DNA of 63,817 nucleotides, filler included, from an uncultured bacterium (GTDB lineage Bacteria; DAOPZR01): assembly GCA_964637655.1 (NCBI GenBank). It is 5 parts of 5 records of this genome, joined end to end, with 100 filler letters (N's around TTAATTAATTAA, not from the genome) between each part and the next. Parts side by side here need not be neighbours in the genome. Positions count along the whole stretch, not along the records: positions 38,792 to 51,420 come from CAZWUZ010000094.1; positions 51,521 to 63,817 come from CAZWUZ010000098.1; 3 more parts are not named here. The stretch is one strand, 5' to 3'. Made by a program: the position numbers and the translations under genes. This document shows positions 48,473-58,074 of the stretch, in pieces (position 1 is the stretch's first letter; each line of letters opens with the position of its first letter). Under the pieces are notes generated by a model that saw only the letters and a list, made by a program, of their open reading frames with translations, made no database searches and had not been told where the DNA came from.

Positions 48473-50086
48473 ATGCGCCGTTTTCTGCCGCTGCTGCTGG
48501 TCCTGACCGCAGCGGGCATGCTCTGCGCCCGGCTGTATGGCGAGGTGCTGCTGCAGGGGGGCGGGACCTTCACCTACGCGCTCGACGATGCTTATATCCA
48601 CCTCGCGTTGGCGCGCAACTTCCTGGAGCATGGCGTCTGGGGTGTGACGCCCCACGCCTACACCAACTGCGCCTCGTCCATTCTCTGGCCGCTGCTGCTG
48701 GCCGGCGGCATGGCGGCCGGCCTGCCGGGCGAGTACCTGCCGCTGCTTTACACCCTGCTGCTGCTGGTGCCGCTGCTCCGGCTGGCCGAGGCGTGGCTGG
48801 TGCGGCAGCGGTTCAGCATCCCGGCGCGCGTGACGGTACTGGTGCTGCTGCTCGCGCTGCTGCCGGCGGGACCGCTGGTCTTCGGCGGCATGGAGCACCT
48901 GCTGCAGATCGTCTCCCTGCTCTGGCTGCTGCCGCTGGCGGCGCGGCACCTGGCGGCGGACACGGATGACGCGCAGCGACGGCGCTGGCTGGCCGTGGCG
49001 GCGGCGCTGGCGACGGGAGCGCGCTACGAGGGGATGTTCGCGGTGGCGGCAGTCGTGCTGCTGCTGCTGCTGCGCGGCTGCGGGCGCACGGCGCTGCTGA
49101 CGGCGGCGGGCGGACTGCTGCCGCTGCTGGCGTGGGGGCTGCCGTCGCTGGCGCAGGGCTGGTGGTTCTTCCCCGTCTCGGTGCTGCTCAAGGGGACGGC
49201 GCCGCTGCTGACGCCCGACCGGCTCACTGACCTGTCGACGCTCTTCGTGCTCAAGCTCCGCTGGGTGCCCTGGGTCCTGCTGCTGACCGCAACCACGGCG
49301 GTGGCGGCGCTGCGTTTCCGCCACCGCGGCTGGAACGAACCGCTGGTCATGGCGCTGCTCTTCCTGCTGATTCTCGTGCCGCACACGCTGCTGGCGCGTA
49401 TGGGCTCGTACTACCGGTTCGAGGCGCACCTCTTTGCGCTCGGCATCCTTGCGCTTGCCCCGCTGCTGCGCGTGCGCGGACAGGAAGTGCTGCTGCTCAT
49501 CCTGCTGGCGCTGCTGCTGCCGTGGCGCGAGCGCATGCTCTGGGGGACACAATCGGTGCCGGTCGCCTGCGGCAATATCCGTAACCAGCAGGTGCAGATG
49601 GCAGCCTTCCTGCACGCGCACTATGCCGGGGGCGCGGTGGTGGCGAACGATATCGGGGCCATCTGCTGGTACAGTGACGTGCGCCTGGTCGACCTGGCGG
49701 GACTGGGGAGCAAGGCGATCGCGCAGTCGGTATTCGACAACACGTACGGCCCGGCGGTGTTCGCGCGCGAGGCGGTGACAGCCGGGGCTGAGGTCGCGGT
49801 GGTCTACGACCACTGGTACAACCGCTGCGGCGGTCTCCCGCCGCACTGGCGCAAGGTGGCGGAATGGACCATCAGTGATAATGTGGTCTGCGGCGGGGCA
49901 ACGGTATCGTGGTACGCGCTGAAGGCAGCGGCGGAACCGCGCCTGCGACAGGCGCTCTACGACTTCGCCCCGCGCCGCACGCAGGTGCGCTGGTACGGGG
50001 TGCAGGACTGGTTTGACAACCCGCAGGGGCGGATGTATCCTTTATTGCCGGAAGGCAACCAATTCATGGAGGAGGAGCGGCAATGA
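48473..50086 (+). CDS. Multi-pass membrane GT-C-like glycosyltransferase
   Basis: YALDDAYIHLALARN, SSILWPLLL, GGMEH, RYEG, NDIGAI...DLAGL. Confidence 0.75.
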   Translation: MRRFLPLLLVLTAAGMLCARLYGEVLLQGGGTFTYALDDAYIHLALARNFLEHGVWGVTPHAYTNCASSILWPLLLAGGMAAGLPGEYLPLLYTLLLLVPLLRLAEAWLVRQRFSIPARVTVLVLLLALLPAGPLVFGGMEHLLQIVSLLWLLPLAARHLAADTDDAQRRRWLAVAAALATGARYEGMFAVAAVVLLLLLRGCGRTALLTAAGGLLPLLAWGLPSLAQGWWFFPVSVLLKGTAPLLTPDRLTDLSTLFVLKLRWVPWVLLLTATTAVAALRFRHRGWNEPLVMALLFLLILVPHTLLARMGSYYRFEAHLFALGILALAPLLRVRGQEVLLLILLALLLPWRERMLWGTQSVPVACGNIRNQQVQMAAFLHAHYAGGAVVANDIGAICWYSDVRLVDLAGLGSKAIAQSVFDNTYGPAVFAREAVTAGAEVAVVYDHWYNRCGGLPPHWRKVAEWTISDNVVCGGATVSWYALKAAAEPRLRQALYDFAPRRTQVRWYGVQDWFDNPQGRMYPLLPEGNQFMEEERQ

Positions 50087-50868
50087 TGAGATTCGCATTG
50101 GTAGCGGCATTGGTGCTGGCACTGGCAGGTGCAGCGGCAGCGGATGTGGTCGTGCTGACCAGCGGTCAGGTCTTGCAGGGGAACATCAAGCAGGCGGACA
50201 ATATGCGGGTGCTGATGACGGTGGGCGGGCGCGATTACCTCATCGCCTCGGACCAGGTGGCGCGCATGCAGTATGGCGATGCCGCGGCGCCGGCGGCCTA
50301 CCCGTACTGGCAGGACGGCATGTATCCGTTCTGGGGTGTCGGCATGCTCTATCCCGCGCCGCGCCGGGTTATCGTCACGGCGTCGCGGGCGAACATCCGC
50401 CGCGGTCCGGGGACGGAATACGGGCTGGTGACGGAAGTGGTGCGCGACATGATGCTGGTGGCCGTGGGCGAGAGCGACGAGTGGTTCCGTCTCGCGCTCC
50501 CTGACGGGTCGCAGGCGTGGATGAACAAGTCGCTGGGGCGCGCGCTGCAGCAGCCGCAGCCCTATCCGTACGCGTGGCAGGGACGGGGCTGGAACTACAA
50601 CAGCAACAGCTACCAGTATGACCCGTACCTGACGAACATCGCTGCCCCGGGTGCCCCGGTGGCGCCGGTGTATGCCGCACCGGTCGCGCCGCTGGCGCCG
50701 GTCGCACCGGCTCCGTACCTGGGTGCCGCGCCGGTGGCGCCGGTCGCCGCGCCGGGCGTGCTGCCGCAGGACTACCGGCAGGCGCAGATCGAGCAGCTGT
50801 CGCACCAGGTGCGGCTGTCACTCTCGGCGGCGGAGATTGCCGAACTGGTGAAGTACCTGCAGCGCTAA
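50083..50868 (+). CDS. Secreted SH3b-domain protein with Pro/Ala-rich linker
   Basis: Signal peptide; ANIRRGPGTEY...EWFRL..PDG..AWM; APV repeats at about 50641-50760. Confidence 0.8.
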   Translation: MMRFALVAALVLALAGAAAADVVVLTSGQVLQGNIKQADNMRVLMTVGGRDYLIASDQVARMQYGDAAAPAAYPYWQDGMYPFWGVGMLYPAPRRVIVTASRANIRRGPGTEYGLVTEVVRDMMLVAVGESDEWFRLALPDGSQAWMNKSLGRALQQPQPYPYAWQGRGWNYNSNSYQYDPYLTNIAAPGAPVAPVYAAPVAPLAPVAPAPYLGAAPVAPVAAPGVLPQDYRQAQIEQLSHQVRLSLSAAEIAELVKYLQR

Positions 50869-50881
50869 GTTGCAGCGCCAT

Positions 50882-50915
50882 AAGCGGGTCCCGTCAGCAC
50901 CGGGACCCGCTTTTT
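50882..50915 (+). terminator. Rho-independent terminator
   Basis: AAGCGGGTCCCG-tcagcac-CGGGACCCGCTT followed by a T run. Confidence 0.85.
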
Positions 50916-50982
50916 ATTCGCGCGGGGAACACCGGCAGGGCGGCGGCGAGGGCATGGCCATGACGCTCCGGGAAGCGGGCAC

Positions 50983-51420
50983 ATGGTGAACAGCGGTGTC
51001 CTGCCGGCAGCGATTCCTGCATCCGGCGACAACGGCCTGACGGAAGCGTCGGGGCGTCACTTGTATGTGCTGCTCGATTTTCACAACCGCTGCAACCTGC
51101 GCTGCCGGATGTGCTACCTGACGCGCATGACGGCGGAGCCGCCGGCGGAACTTGACCGGGAACTGTATGACCGGTTCGCAGCCGCGGTTTTCCCGGTATG
51201 CTATCAGGTGAATTTTTCCTGTGCCTACGAACCGCTGCTCTTTCGCGGCCTGTTCGACTGCCTCGCGGCGGGGCTTGCCCATGATGTTCCGGTGCTGTCG
51301 CTGAGCACCAACGGGATGCTGCTTGACCGGGCGAAGGCGGAACACCTGGTGCGGATGGGGTTCCCGCGGCTGGCGGTTTCCGTCGATGCCGCGACCCCGG
51401 CAACCTACGCCACCATACGT
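50983..51420 (+). CDS. Radical SAM protein, N-terminal part (truncated)
   Basis: RCNLRCRMCY, YEPLL, STNGMLL, SVDAATPATYATIR. Confidence 0.85.
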
Positions 51421-51520
51421 NNNNNNNNNNNNNNNNNNNNNNNNNNNNNNNNNNNNNNNNNNNNTTAATTAATTAANNNNNNNNNNNNNNNNNNNNNNNN
51501 NNNNNNNNNNNNNNNNNNNN
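51421..51520. other. Assembly spacer / contig junction
   Basis: N run with TTAATTAATTAA linker. Confidence 0.98.
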
Positions 51521-51796
51521 AGGCGGAACGGCTCGCGCTGGCGGAACTGGCACTGCAGGAGGGGACGCTCACCCTGCGCTTCGCCACGCCGGTGGTCTTC
51601 CCCCCGGCCCTGCTGCGCGCGCAGCGCTGGCGCGAGGGGCCGCGCAACCCCTGTTCGCTGCAGCGCACCTGGCGCAGCGACGTGGCCGCCACGCTGCCGC
51701 TGCTCGTCACCGACCTCGCCGCGCTCGCCGACACCCTCCCGGCCTGACGGTGGCAGGTCGCGCCCGTTTCTGCTATATTGCGCGCGAGGTGACATC

Positions 51797-52642
51797 ATGA
51801 AAACCATCTGCTGCCTGCTGCTGCTCACGCTGCTGACCGCCGGGTGCGCGACTACCGGCACCACTCCCGCCGTTGCGCCCGACCGCGGCGAGGTCTACGC
51901 GTATGTTGCCGACCGCCCGGTCTACACGGCGGAACTGCAGGAAGCGCTCGAGGCGCTGCCGCCCTACCAGCGGCAGGCCATCGCCACCCAGCCCGCGCTG
52001 CGCGAGCAGTTCATTGATGACTACCTGACCCGCTGCCTCGTTGCCCGGGTGGCACGCGACCAGGGTGTCGACCGCAGCGACACGTTCGCCCGCCGCCGCG
52101 CAACGTTCGAGGACGACCTGCTGCTCGAACTCTACATGAACGACCTTATCGCCCGGGTCGCCCCGGCTAATGACAGCGATGCACTCGCCTACTACGATGC
52201 CCACCGCGGCGACTTTTCCCGCCCCGCGGCGGTGCGCCTGGAATACGTGCAGGTGGCTGACACCGCGACCGCCGACTCGGTCTACGCGCAGGCACAGGCG
52301 GGGACGGCCTTCGCCCTGCTGCAGGCGCGCCATTCGCTGAGCGGCGAATCGGAGACCACGCTGCCGGTGGATAACCTGCCGGCGGCGCTGCGCGAACCGC
52401 TCACCGCGCTCGCGGTTGACGGCATCATGCCCCCGTACGCGACCGCGCCCGGCACCATCTACGTCTTCCGCAAACGCGCCGACATCCCCGCGGAGAGCAT
52501 CCCGTTCGCCGAGGTCAGCGACGCGGTGCACAAGGCGGCATGGCGCGAGAAAGTCACGCTGGTGGTCACCGTGCATCTCGAGCAGCTCAAACGCGAGCGC
52601 CCGTTCCGCCTCGTCGGTGAGGAAAACGCCGATGGCGACTGA
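51797..52642 (+). CDS. PrsA/SurA-like parvulin-type foldase lipoprotein (degenerate PPIase)
   Basis: Lipobox TAGC; YYDAHRGDFSRPAAVRLEYV, FALLQARHS, PFAEVSDAV. Confidence 0.75.
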   Translation: MKTICCLLLLTLLTAGCATTGTTPAVAPDRGEVYAYVADRPVYTAELQEALEALPPYQRQAIATQPALREQFIDDYLTRCLVARVARDQGVDRSDTFARRRATFEDDLLLELYMNDLIARVAPANDSDALAYYDAHRGDFSRPAAVRLEYVQVADTATADSVYAQAQAGTAFALLQARHSLSGESETTLPVDNLPAALREPLTALAVDGIMPPYATAPGTIYVFRKRADIPAESIPFAEVSDAVHKAAWREKVTLVVTVHLEQLKRERPFRLVGEENADGD

Positions 52643-53189
52643 AGACCTGTTCCGCGAACTCATCACCGGGCTGGGCGAGAACCCGCAGCGTCCCGACCTG
52701 GTGCGCACTCCGCAGCGCGCCGCGGAGGCACTCGCTTTCCTCACCCGCGGCTACGGCGAGGACCGTGACGCCATCTTCCGCGACGCGATCTACCCGTCAC
52801 CGAGCCGCGACATGGTGGTCATGCGCGACATCGAGGTCTACTCGCTGTGCGAGCATCACCTGCTGCCGTTCTTCGGGCGCTGCCACTTCGGCTATATTCC
52901 CGACACGCAGATCTGCGGGGCGAGCAAGATCCCGCGCCTCATCGACCATTACGCGCGGCGGCTGCAGCAGCAGGAGCGCCTGACGCGCGAGGTCGCCACC
53001 GCCTTCATCGACTGCGTCAAACCGCTCGGGGTGGCGGTGGTCATCGAGGCGCAGCACCTGTGCATGATGATGCGCGGGGTGGAGAAACAGAACAGCCGCA
53101 TGGTCACCTCGTGCATGCTCGGGGTCTTCCAGAAGGACCCGCGCACGCGCGCGGAATTTCTCTCCCTCATCCACGGGGGGCGTGCCTGA
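52632..53189 (+). CDS. folE: GTP cyclohydrolase I
   Basis: GENPQR..L..TPQR, SLCEHHLLPFFG, SKIPR, HLCMMMRGV, RAEFL. Confidence 0.96.
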   Translation: MATEDLFRELITGLGENPQRPDLVRTPQRAAEALAFLTRGYGEDRDAIFRDAIYPSPSRDMVVMRDIEVYSLCEHHLLPFFGRCHFGYIPDTQICGASKIPRLIDHYARRLQQQERLTREVATAFIDCVKPLGVAVVIEAQHLCMMMRGVEKQNSRMVTSCMLGVFQKDPRTRAEFLSLIHGGRA

Positions 53190-53194
53190 CGGCA

Positions 53195-54364
53195 ATGCGC
53201 AGCGCTCCCGCCCGCCTGCTGCTGCTCTGCGCCGCCGTCCTCCTCGGCGGCAGTTTCCTCTACTTCTGCTTCCGCCAGGCGCACCGCCCCTACTTCCAGG
53301 ATTTCGGCTACTTTCTCTGGCAGGCGACGATCCTCGACCGGTTCGGCTCCCCATGGGACGACGCGGCGCGCGCGCTGGCGCAGCAGCAGCTGCGTTTCCC
53401 GCACACCATCTCCGTCGCGCACTACCCGCCGTCCTTCTTCCTGCTGCTCATTCCGCTCAGCCGCCTTCCGTATGACACCGCGGCGCTGCTCTGGTTCTTC
53501 CTCGCGCTGGCCGCGCTGGCCGTCACGCTCACGCTGCTCTGGCGCGCGTTTTTCGCCGGGCGGCATGCCGCTGCCGGCGCGCTGCTCGTGCTGCTCGTGC
53601 TCGGGGCCTGCTACCCGCTCCGCTTCAACCTGAGCACGGGACAGAACAACCTGCTCGCACTCGGGCTCATCGTGCTCGGGGCGGAGCTGCTCGCACGACG
53701 CCGGGGCGGCAGTGCGGGCGTTGCCTTCGCGCTGGCCGCGCTGGTCAAGATCGTGCCGCTCGTGCTCGCCCTTCCGCTGCTGCTGCGCCGCGAATGGCGC
53801 GCGCTGGGGGGCATGCTGGCCGCGTTCACCGTGCTCAACCTGCTCATCCTCGCCGTGCTGCCGGGTTCGGTGTTCGGCGACTTTTTCCGCGCCACCGCGT
53901 ACAAGATGTCCACCGACGCGCATTGCGAGCTGAGCTTCTCCGTCTACGCGCTTGCCTGGCGCCTGACCGGCAGTTTCGCCGCGGCGCAGGCGGTGCAGTC
54001 CGCGTCGTTCCTGCTCGCCGTCGCGCTGGCCGCGTGGCTGACGCTGCGCCGCCGCACCCTGCCCTGGCCCGAACTGGCGGCGCTCTGGTCGGGCGTGTTT
54101 CTCATCGGCTCCGCGTTTCTGGGCGAGGCGCACCTGGTCTTCGCGCTCCCCGCGCTCTTCGCCGTGACGGCGCGTCTCTGCGCCCGCTGGCAGCTGCTCC
54201 CCGCGCTGCTGCTGGCCGCCGCGCTGCTGCTCATCGGCGCCGAGTACCATGTCGACGGGTTCCGCTTCGTCTGGGACTGGCCCTTCACCGCGCTGCTCAA
54301 CCTCAAGCTGTACGGCCTGCTGCTGCTTTTCGCCCTGCACGTGTTTCTCATCGCCCGCAACTGA
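53195..54364 (+). CDS. GT87-family membrane glycosyltransferase
   Basis: QDFGYF, HYPPSFFLLLIPLSRLP, NLSTGQNN, AALVKIVP; multiple TM segments. Confidence 0.82.
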   Translation: MRSAPARLLLLCAAVLLGGSFLYFCFRQAHRPYFQDFGYFLWQATILDRFGSPWDDAARALAQQQLRFPHTISVAHYPPSFFLLLIPLSRLPYDTAALLWFFLALAALAVTLTLLWRAFFAGRHAAAGALLVLLVLGACYPLRFNLSTGQNNLLALGLIVLGAELLARRRGGSAGVAFALAALVKIVPLVLALPLLLRREWRALGGMLAAFTVLNLLILAVLPGSVFGDFFRATAYKMSTDAHCELSFSVYALAWRLTGSFAAAQAVQSASFLLAVALAAWLTLRRRTLPWPELAALWSGVFLIGSAFLGEAHLVFALPALFAVTARLCARWQLLPALLLAAALLLIGAEYHVDGFRFVWDWPFTALLNLKLYGLLLLFALHVFLIARN

Positions 54365-54433
54365 CCGCGGTCTTGCCGCCCGGCAGGCGCTGTGCTATAC
54401 TCAACCTGTTGTACAGCGGAGGAGGTGTGAGCG

Positions 54434-54916
54434 ATGAAATCGGGACTGGCACGTGCCATCGAGAAGAATAACGAGGGGGTGCGTCTCTACCAGGACGGCA
54501 AGCTCAAGGAATCGCTCGCCGCCTTCAACGACGCGATCAAGGCAAATGCCGAGTACGCGGTCGCCTACCATCATCTCGGCCTGCTCTACTACAAGATGGG
54601 CAATTTCCGCGAGGCGGTGCGTAATTTTCTTTCCGCCAAGTCGCTGAACTACGACAATGCCCAGCTCGATTACTACCTGAAACTGGCGCAGAAGGAAGTG
54701 CATGACGTCGACCCGTTCCTCGCCGCGCAGGAAGTGTCGGACAAGCCGCAGCAGCGGCTCTGCCCCGCCTGCGGCGAACCGATAAGCACCGACTTCACCT
54801 ACTGCCCGATGTGCAAGGCGAAACTGGGCGAGCCGCAATGCCCGAACTGCAACGCGCGCATCCAGAAGGGGTGGAAGGCCTGCCCGTACTGCGGCAAGGA
54901 CCTGCCCAAGGAATGA
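54434..54916 (+). CDS. TPR + double zinc-ribbon protein
   Basis: NNEGVRLYQDGKLKESLAAF...AYHHLGLLY TPRs; four CxxC pairs; GGAGG RBS. Confidence 0.85.
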   Translation: MKSGLARAIEKNNEGVRLYQDGKLKESLAAFNDAIKANAEYAVAYHHLGLLYYKMGNFREAVRNFLSAKSLNYDNAQLDYYLKLAQKEVHDVDPFLAAQEVSDKPQQRLCPACGEPISTDFTYCPMCKAKLGEPQCPNCNARIQKGWKACPYCGKDLPKE

Positions 54917-55710
54917 GCGACGCGGCCGCGCGGCCGGCCGGCGGACTGCCGCCGCTGTCGCGCAACCAGCTCAAGCAGTACAAGCGCCTGAAGACGCGGC
55001 GCGGGCGGCTCGAAGCGGGAAAATTCCTGCTCGAAGGGATCCGCGTCGTCGCGGCGGCGGCGGACGAAGTCGCCGTCGAGCAGATCATCCACGCGCCGGA
55101 ACTGCTCGGCACCGCCGACGGGCGCGCGCTGCGCGAACGCCTCGCGCAGCTGCCGTGGCGGGAGGCGCGCGGCACCTGGCTCGAGCAGCTGGCGGACGCG
55201 CAAACTGCGCAGGGGGTGCTGGCAGTGGCGAAACTGCCGCGGCCGGCATTCACCCCGGCCGCGTGGCGGCGGGTGCTGCTGCTCGACCGCGTGCAGGACC
55301 CGGGCAATGTCGGCACGCTGCTGCGCGCCGCGCGCGCGTTCGCTTTCGACGCCGTGCTGGCGCTGCCGGGCACCGCCGATTTCTTCAGCGGCAAGGTGCT
55401 GCGCGCTTCCGCCGGGTTCGGGCTCGGGTTGCCGCTGCTGGCGGCGGACGCCTCCCACCTGGCGGCGCTGCGCGACGCCGGTTTCGCCTTTTACTGGGGC
55501 AACCCGCACGGCGGCACGCCTGTCCAACAGGTGGCCTGGCGGCAGCCGCTGGCGCTCTGGGCCGGCAATGAGGCGCGCGGGCTGGACGCCGCGGCGCAGG
55601 CGCAGGCGACGGGCATCACCATCCCGTGCGCCGCGGGGATCGAATCACTGAACGTATCGCTGGCGACAGCGATGCTGATGCAGCATATTTTTGCGACAGG
55701 AGAGAACTGA
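54913..55710 (+). CDS. TrmH/SpoU-family RNA methyltransferase
   Basis: FLLEG, QGVLAV, VQDPGNVGTLLRAA, GNEARGL, ESLNVS. Confidence 0.92.
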   Translation: MSDAAARPAGGLPPLSRNQLKQYKRLKTRRGRLEAGKFLLEGIRVVAAAADEVAVEQIIHAPELLGTADGRALRERLAQLPWREARGTWLEQLADAQTAQGVLAVAKLPRPAFTPAAWRRVLLLDRVQDPGNVGTLLRAARAFAFDAVLALPGTADFFSGKVLRASAGFGLGLPLLAADASHLAALRDAGFAFYWGNPHGGTPVQQVAWRQPLALWAGNEARGLDAAAQAQATGITIPCAAGIESLNVSLATAMLMQHIFATGEN

Positions 55711-55711
55711 C

Positions 55712-56866
55712 ATGAACCTGCTTATCCGCTGCGGCCGCCTTGCGGCCCTCACCCTGCTGTGCGGCGCGCTGCTGGCCGGGTGCTGGAAGACCCCGCGCAT
55801 CCTGCGCACCGATGACGGGCTGCAGCATTACCGCGAGGGGACCATCGAACGCTTCGGCACCGCTGACGGCCTCCCCGACGAGACGGTCACCGCAATCGCC
55901 ATCAACGGGCCCGAGGTCTGGATCGGCACCGAGAAGGGTGTGGCGGTCTACAACCGCCAGACGAAGCAGTGGACCACCCACACCCGCAGCAACAGCCGCC
56001 TGCCGCACAACGAAATCACCGCACTGGCGCGCGACACGCGCGGGCGCGTCTGGATCGGCACGAGCAAGCGCGGCGTGGTGCGCGTCAGCCGCCTCAACTG
56101 GGACATCTACGACAGCAACAACGAGCTGCCAGGCAGCATCGTCACCGCCATCTACGCCGAGCCCTCGGGACACGGACTGGACGACGACAATGTCTGGATC
56201 GGCACCACGCGCGGGATGGCACGCTACAATGCCGACGGGTGGGTAACCTACACCGCCCCCGCACTGTTCCGCGCGCTGCAGGATGACGGTATGCCGAGCG
56301 ACGAGGTCGACTGTCTCGGCGGCGACGATTCCTTCCTGTGGATGGGCTGCGCCACCGGCGTCGGGCGCTTCAACGACGTCAACTGGAAGAAATGGTCGCC
56401 TGAAGGCGGCTTCGATCTCGAGCGCATGGAGTTTCTCGGGCCTGACCGCTACCCGATCAAGGAGGACGAAATCTCCTGCCTCGCCTACGACGGCAAGGAG
56501 TACCTGTACGTCGCCGCGCGGCGCGCACAGATTGCCTCGTTCGACGGCGCGGTCTGGGGCGAAGTGCCCATCGAGCGCGGCTGCGACATCAAGGCGATGC
56601 TCGCCTTCCCCGACGGGGAACTCTGGGTGTCGCGCTACAATTCGCTCGGCACTTTCTCCGACCTGCGCCGCCGCGTGCCGGGCACCGACCAGTGGCAGGT
56701 GATGACCACCGCGGACGGACTGCCGTCCAACCAGGTGACCTGCCTGGTCGCCGAGGGGCGCGACCTGTGGATCGGCACCACCAACGGGGTGGCGCATCTC
56801 ATCCGCCCGCAGACGCCCGCCGCGCAGTACACGCGCACCGCCGACACCGCGGCCGCGCCGCAGTAG
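55712..56866 (+). CDS. Beta-propeller lipoprotein (two-component regulator propeller-type repeats)
   Basis: Lipobox LAGC; repeated GLPxxxVTAI...WIGT motifs. Confidence 0.82.
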   Translation: MNLLIRCGRLAALTLLCGALLAGCWKTPRILRTDDGLQHYREGTIERFGTADGLPDETVTAIAINGPEVWIGTEKGVAVYNRQTKQWTTHTRSNSRLPHNEITALARDTRGRVWIGTSKRGVVRVSRLNWDIYDSNNELPGSIVTAIYAEPSGHGLDDDNVWIGTTRGMARYNADGWVTYTAPALFRALQDDGMPSDEVDCLGGDDSFLWMGCATGVGRFNDVNWKKWSPEGGFDLERMEFLGPDRYPIKEDEISCLAYDGKEYLYVAARRAQIASFDGAVWGEVPIERGCDIKAMLAFPDGELWVSRYNSLGTFSDLRRRVPGTDQWQVMTTADGLPSNQVTCLVAEGRDLWIGTTNGVAHLIRPQTPAAQYTRTADTAAAPQ

Positions 56867-56868
56867 GC

Positions 56869-57384
56869 ATGCTGCGCCGCACCACCCTGCTGGTGGCCGA
56901 CAAGCTCGGGTACATCCGCGGCCTGGCGAAACCGCAGGTCGACTGCATCCTCTGCGCCGTGGCACGGCGCGACCCGAAGGTGGTCTCGCTGGAGATTTAC
57001 CGCACGCGGCACGTGCTCGTCTCGCTCAACCTCTACCCCTACTCGCCGGGTCACCTGCTCATCTTCCCGCGCCGGCATATCACCGACATCCGCGAACTGA
57101 CCGCCGTCGAGCAGCGGGAGATCTTTGCCGCCGAACAGCACTGTCTCGACCTGCTCGACCGCGCCTACCAGCCGCGCGGCTACAACCTCGGCTACAACCT
57201 CGGGGAGTCGAGCGGGGCGAGCATTCCCCACCTGCATCTGCACATCGTGCCGCGCTACCGCAACGAGGTGGGGTTCATCGACGTCATCGGCGGGGCGCGG
57301 GTCATCGTGCAGGACCCGGCCGCGACCGTCACCCTGCTGCGCCGCCTGCATCGCACCCGGAGCGCACCGCGCCGCCGGCGCTAA
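56869..57384 (+). CDS. HIT-family hydrolase (Ap4A phosphorylase-like)
   Basis: CILC, LNLYPYSPGHLLIFP, GYNLG.N.G...GAS..HLHLHIVPR. Confidence 0.9.
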   Translation: MLRRTTLLVADKLGYIRGLAKPQVDCILCAVARRDPKVVSLEIYRTRHVLVSLNLYPYSPGHLLIFPRRHITDIRELTAVEQREIFAAEQHCLDLLDRAYQPRGYNLGYNLGESSGASIPHLHLHIVPRYRNEVGFIDVIGGARVIVQDPAATVTLLRRLHRTRSAPRRRR

Positions 57385-57394
57385 GGAGCCGCAC

Positions 57395-57685
57395 ATGGAC
57401 ATCCGCGATTTCCAGGAGCATATCCGCACCCTCTACAGCGCGCGCGACAGCGCCCGCGGCATGGAGCACACCTTCATGTGGTTCGTCGAGGAGGTGGGTG
57501 AACTGGCCGAGGCGCTGCGCAAGAACGACCGCGCCGCCATCGAGGAGGAACTGGCCGATGTGGTCGCCTGGGCCAACAGCGTGGCCAACCTGCAGGGCCT
57601 CGACATGACCGCCATCCTGCAGAAGAAATACGGCGCCGTCTGCCATTACTGCAAGGGGAATCCCTGCACCTGCACCAAGGGTTGA
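57395..57685 (+). CDS. MazG-like nucleotide pyrophosphohydrolase
   Basis: WFVEEVGELAEA, EEELADV.AW, C-terminal CHYCKGNPCTC. Confidence 0.9.
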   Translation: MDIRDFQEHIRTLYSARDSARGMEHTFMWFVEEVGELAEALRKNDRAAIEEELADVVAWANSVANLQGLDMTAILQKKYGAVCHYCKGNPCTCTKG

Positions 57686-57710
57686 CAGTTTCCCGCTGCT
57701 GTGGTAGCAT
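57682..57710 (+). promoter_or_regulatory. Sigma-70 promoter of tRNA-Val
   Basis: TTGACA-17 nt-TAGCAT with TG extension. Confidence 0.7.
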
Positions 57711-57722
57711 CCCGTCAGCAAC

Positions 57723-58014
<292 letters not shown>

Positions 58015-58074
58015 CTACACACACGATGCCTATCCCAATCGGGAAAGCCCGCGGGTCAGACTTTTCTTTCAGAT

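Noticed and set aside
50641-50760. GC-rich short tandem repeats (GCGCCGGT-like) as a CRISPR or VNTR
   Set aside because: They encode a low-complexity Ala-Pro-Val linker. There is no repeat-spacer structure and no cas gene anywhere in the window.
51521-51748. Probable 3' end of a CDS at the start of contig 5
   Set aside because: It is too short and has no recognisable motif, so no product can be supported.
36798-52642. Apparent clustering of three PPIases
   Set aside because: They lie on three different contigs, so the proximity is an artefact of concatenation.
56869-57685. HIT + MazG pair as a nucleotide-depletion defence module
   Set aside because: The genes have host-like GC, sit in a housekeeping operon on the chromosomal side of the tRNA, and show ordinary house-cleaning family motifs.
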